DNA of 37,442 nucleotides from NCBI GenBank assembly GCA_014799575.1, contig JAAVHS010000020.1, positions 11,990-49,431 on the forward strand, given 5' to 3'. Shown here piece by piece: positions 36,763-37,442 of the stretch. The notes under the pieces are model-generated. The model had not been told where the DNA came from, made no database searches, and saw only the letters and a list, made by a program, of their open reading frames with translations. The DNA is from Clostridiales bacterium. Its GTDB lineage: Bacteria > Bacillota > Clostridia > Christensenellales > UBA3700. Positions within the stretch are counted from its first letter, which is position 1. The number at the start of each line of letters is the position of its first letter. A program made the position numbers and the translations under genes.

Positions 36763-36791
36763 AAAACGCAAGATGAAAGTCTTGCGTTTTT
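36763..36791 (+). terminator. Intrinsic terminator
   Basis: AAAACGCAAGAT-GAAA-GTCTTGCGTTTTT. Confidence 0.88.
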
Positions 36792-36896
36792 ATTTTACTC
36801 TTGTCAATATTGAGGTGAAAAAAACTGAATTTCTAGAAAAAATACCTATTTTTCCGTCGAATATATAAATTTTACATAAATTTTACATTCATTCGA

Positions 36897-36925
36897 TTGC
36901 TTATTTTTCTTTTATTATGTAAAAT
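36897..36925 (+). promoter_or_regulatory. Sigma-A promoter of the S10 operon
   Basis: TTGCTT-17 bp-TAAAAT with an AT-rich upstream region. Confidence 0.7.
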
Positions 36926-36944
36926 CAGTTGTGCTTATGCCGAG

Positions 36945-37020
36945 AGGGATGAAGCGGGAGGTTACTTCTTATATAAGGAGAGAACTTCCGTGGACAAGAG
37001 TCCGACAATCGGGCGACTAA
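36945..37020 (+). ncRNA. Structured rpsJ leader (S10-Clostridia-type ribosomal leader candidate)
   Basis: GATGAAGCGGGAGGTT...AACTTCCGTGG stem with inner hairpin CTTCTTA/TAAGGAG, then GTCCGA-CAA-TCGGGC, in the 5' UTR of rpsJ. Boundaries are approximate. Confidence 0.65.
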
Positions 37021-37122
37021 CGGATTTGGGCTATTCTGCAAGCCCATTTTTAACGGCAGAAGTGGAACGCACGGAAGTGCAATAGAAAAAAATAAGAAAA
37101 GTTAGGAAAAGGAGAAAGAAAA

Positions 37123-37431
37123 ATGGCAGGACAAACAATCAGAATCAGACTAAGAGCGTACGACCACAACCTTATCGACGTAGCGTCGGATAAGATAGTT
37201 GAGACGGCAAAGAGAAGCGGCGTACAGGTTTCAGGACCTATCCCACTTCCTACGGAAAAGGAAATCGTTACGATTATCAGAGCGGTTCACAAGTATAAGG
37301 ATTCGAGAGAGCAATTTGAATTGCGCACTCATAAAAGACTTATCGATATATTGAACCCCACTGCTAAGGCGGTAGACGCGCTTATGAAACTCGATTTGCC
37401 CGCTGGCGTTGATATTCAAATCAAGCTCTAA
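37123..37431 (+). CDS. rpsJ: 30S ribosomal protein S10
   Basis: [37 protein letters not shown] and LPAGVDI.IKL. Confidence 0.99.
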   Translation: MAGQTIRIRLRAYDHNLIDVASDKIVETAKRSGVQVSGPIPLPTEKEIVTIIRAVHKYKDSREQFELRTHKRLIDILNPTAKAVDALMKLDLPAGVDIQIKL

Positions 37432-37442
37432 GCAAATCAATA

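Noticed and set aside
36897-37085. 62-aa ORF upstream of rpsJ as a leader peptide
   Set aside because: Its TTG start is the -35 box of the promoter, so it lies upstream of the predicted transcript start.

Overview
Mostly core chromosome of a Clostridia-class Firmicute, judged from gene order, sigma-A promoters, glgD and the S10 leader style; finer taxonomy cannot be read from the sequence. In order: 5' part of hpt, glmS, a GH38 alpha-mannosidase just downstream of tRNA-Ser(GCT), a YegP/DUF1508 protein, an RlmI-like methyltransferase, malQ plus a GNAT, a divergent TetR/PlsC-like pair, a MATE pump, a glgBCDAP cluster with a GH13 enzyme, an AT-rich membrane-anchored hypothetical, murB-PHP-whiA-dnaE-pfkA, a lipoprotein M1 peptidase, a YdjI-like SPFH/zinc-ribbon plus YdjG-like pair, DUF1858 and rpsJ with its leader. 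No transposase, integrase, prophage or CRISPR array is visible. The most unusual structure is non-coding: two long (about 126 and 165 nt) imperfect rod-like hairpins at separate convergent gene junctions. They share a CGTAC-N5-GTACG apex and strand-specific G-U pairing but little other sequence. Other signals are lysine-rich tails on three glycogen enzymes, a shared glgP/pfkA promoter design, several apparently leaderless genes (one with a sigma-E-like promoter) and a reduced murB-whiA cluster lacking rapZ/yvcK. All family assignments come from motif recognition by eye; no searches were run.
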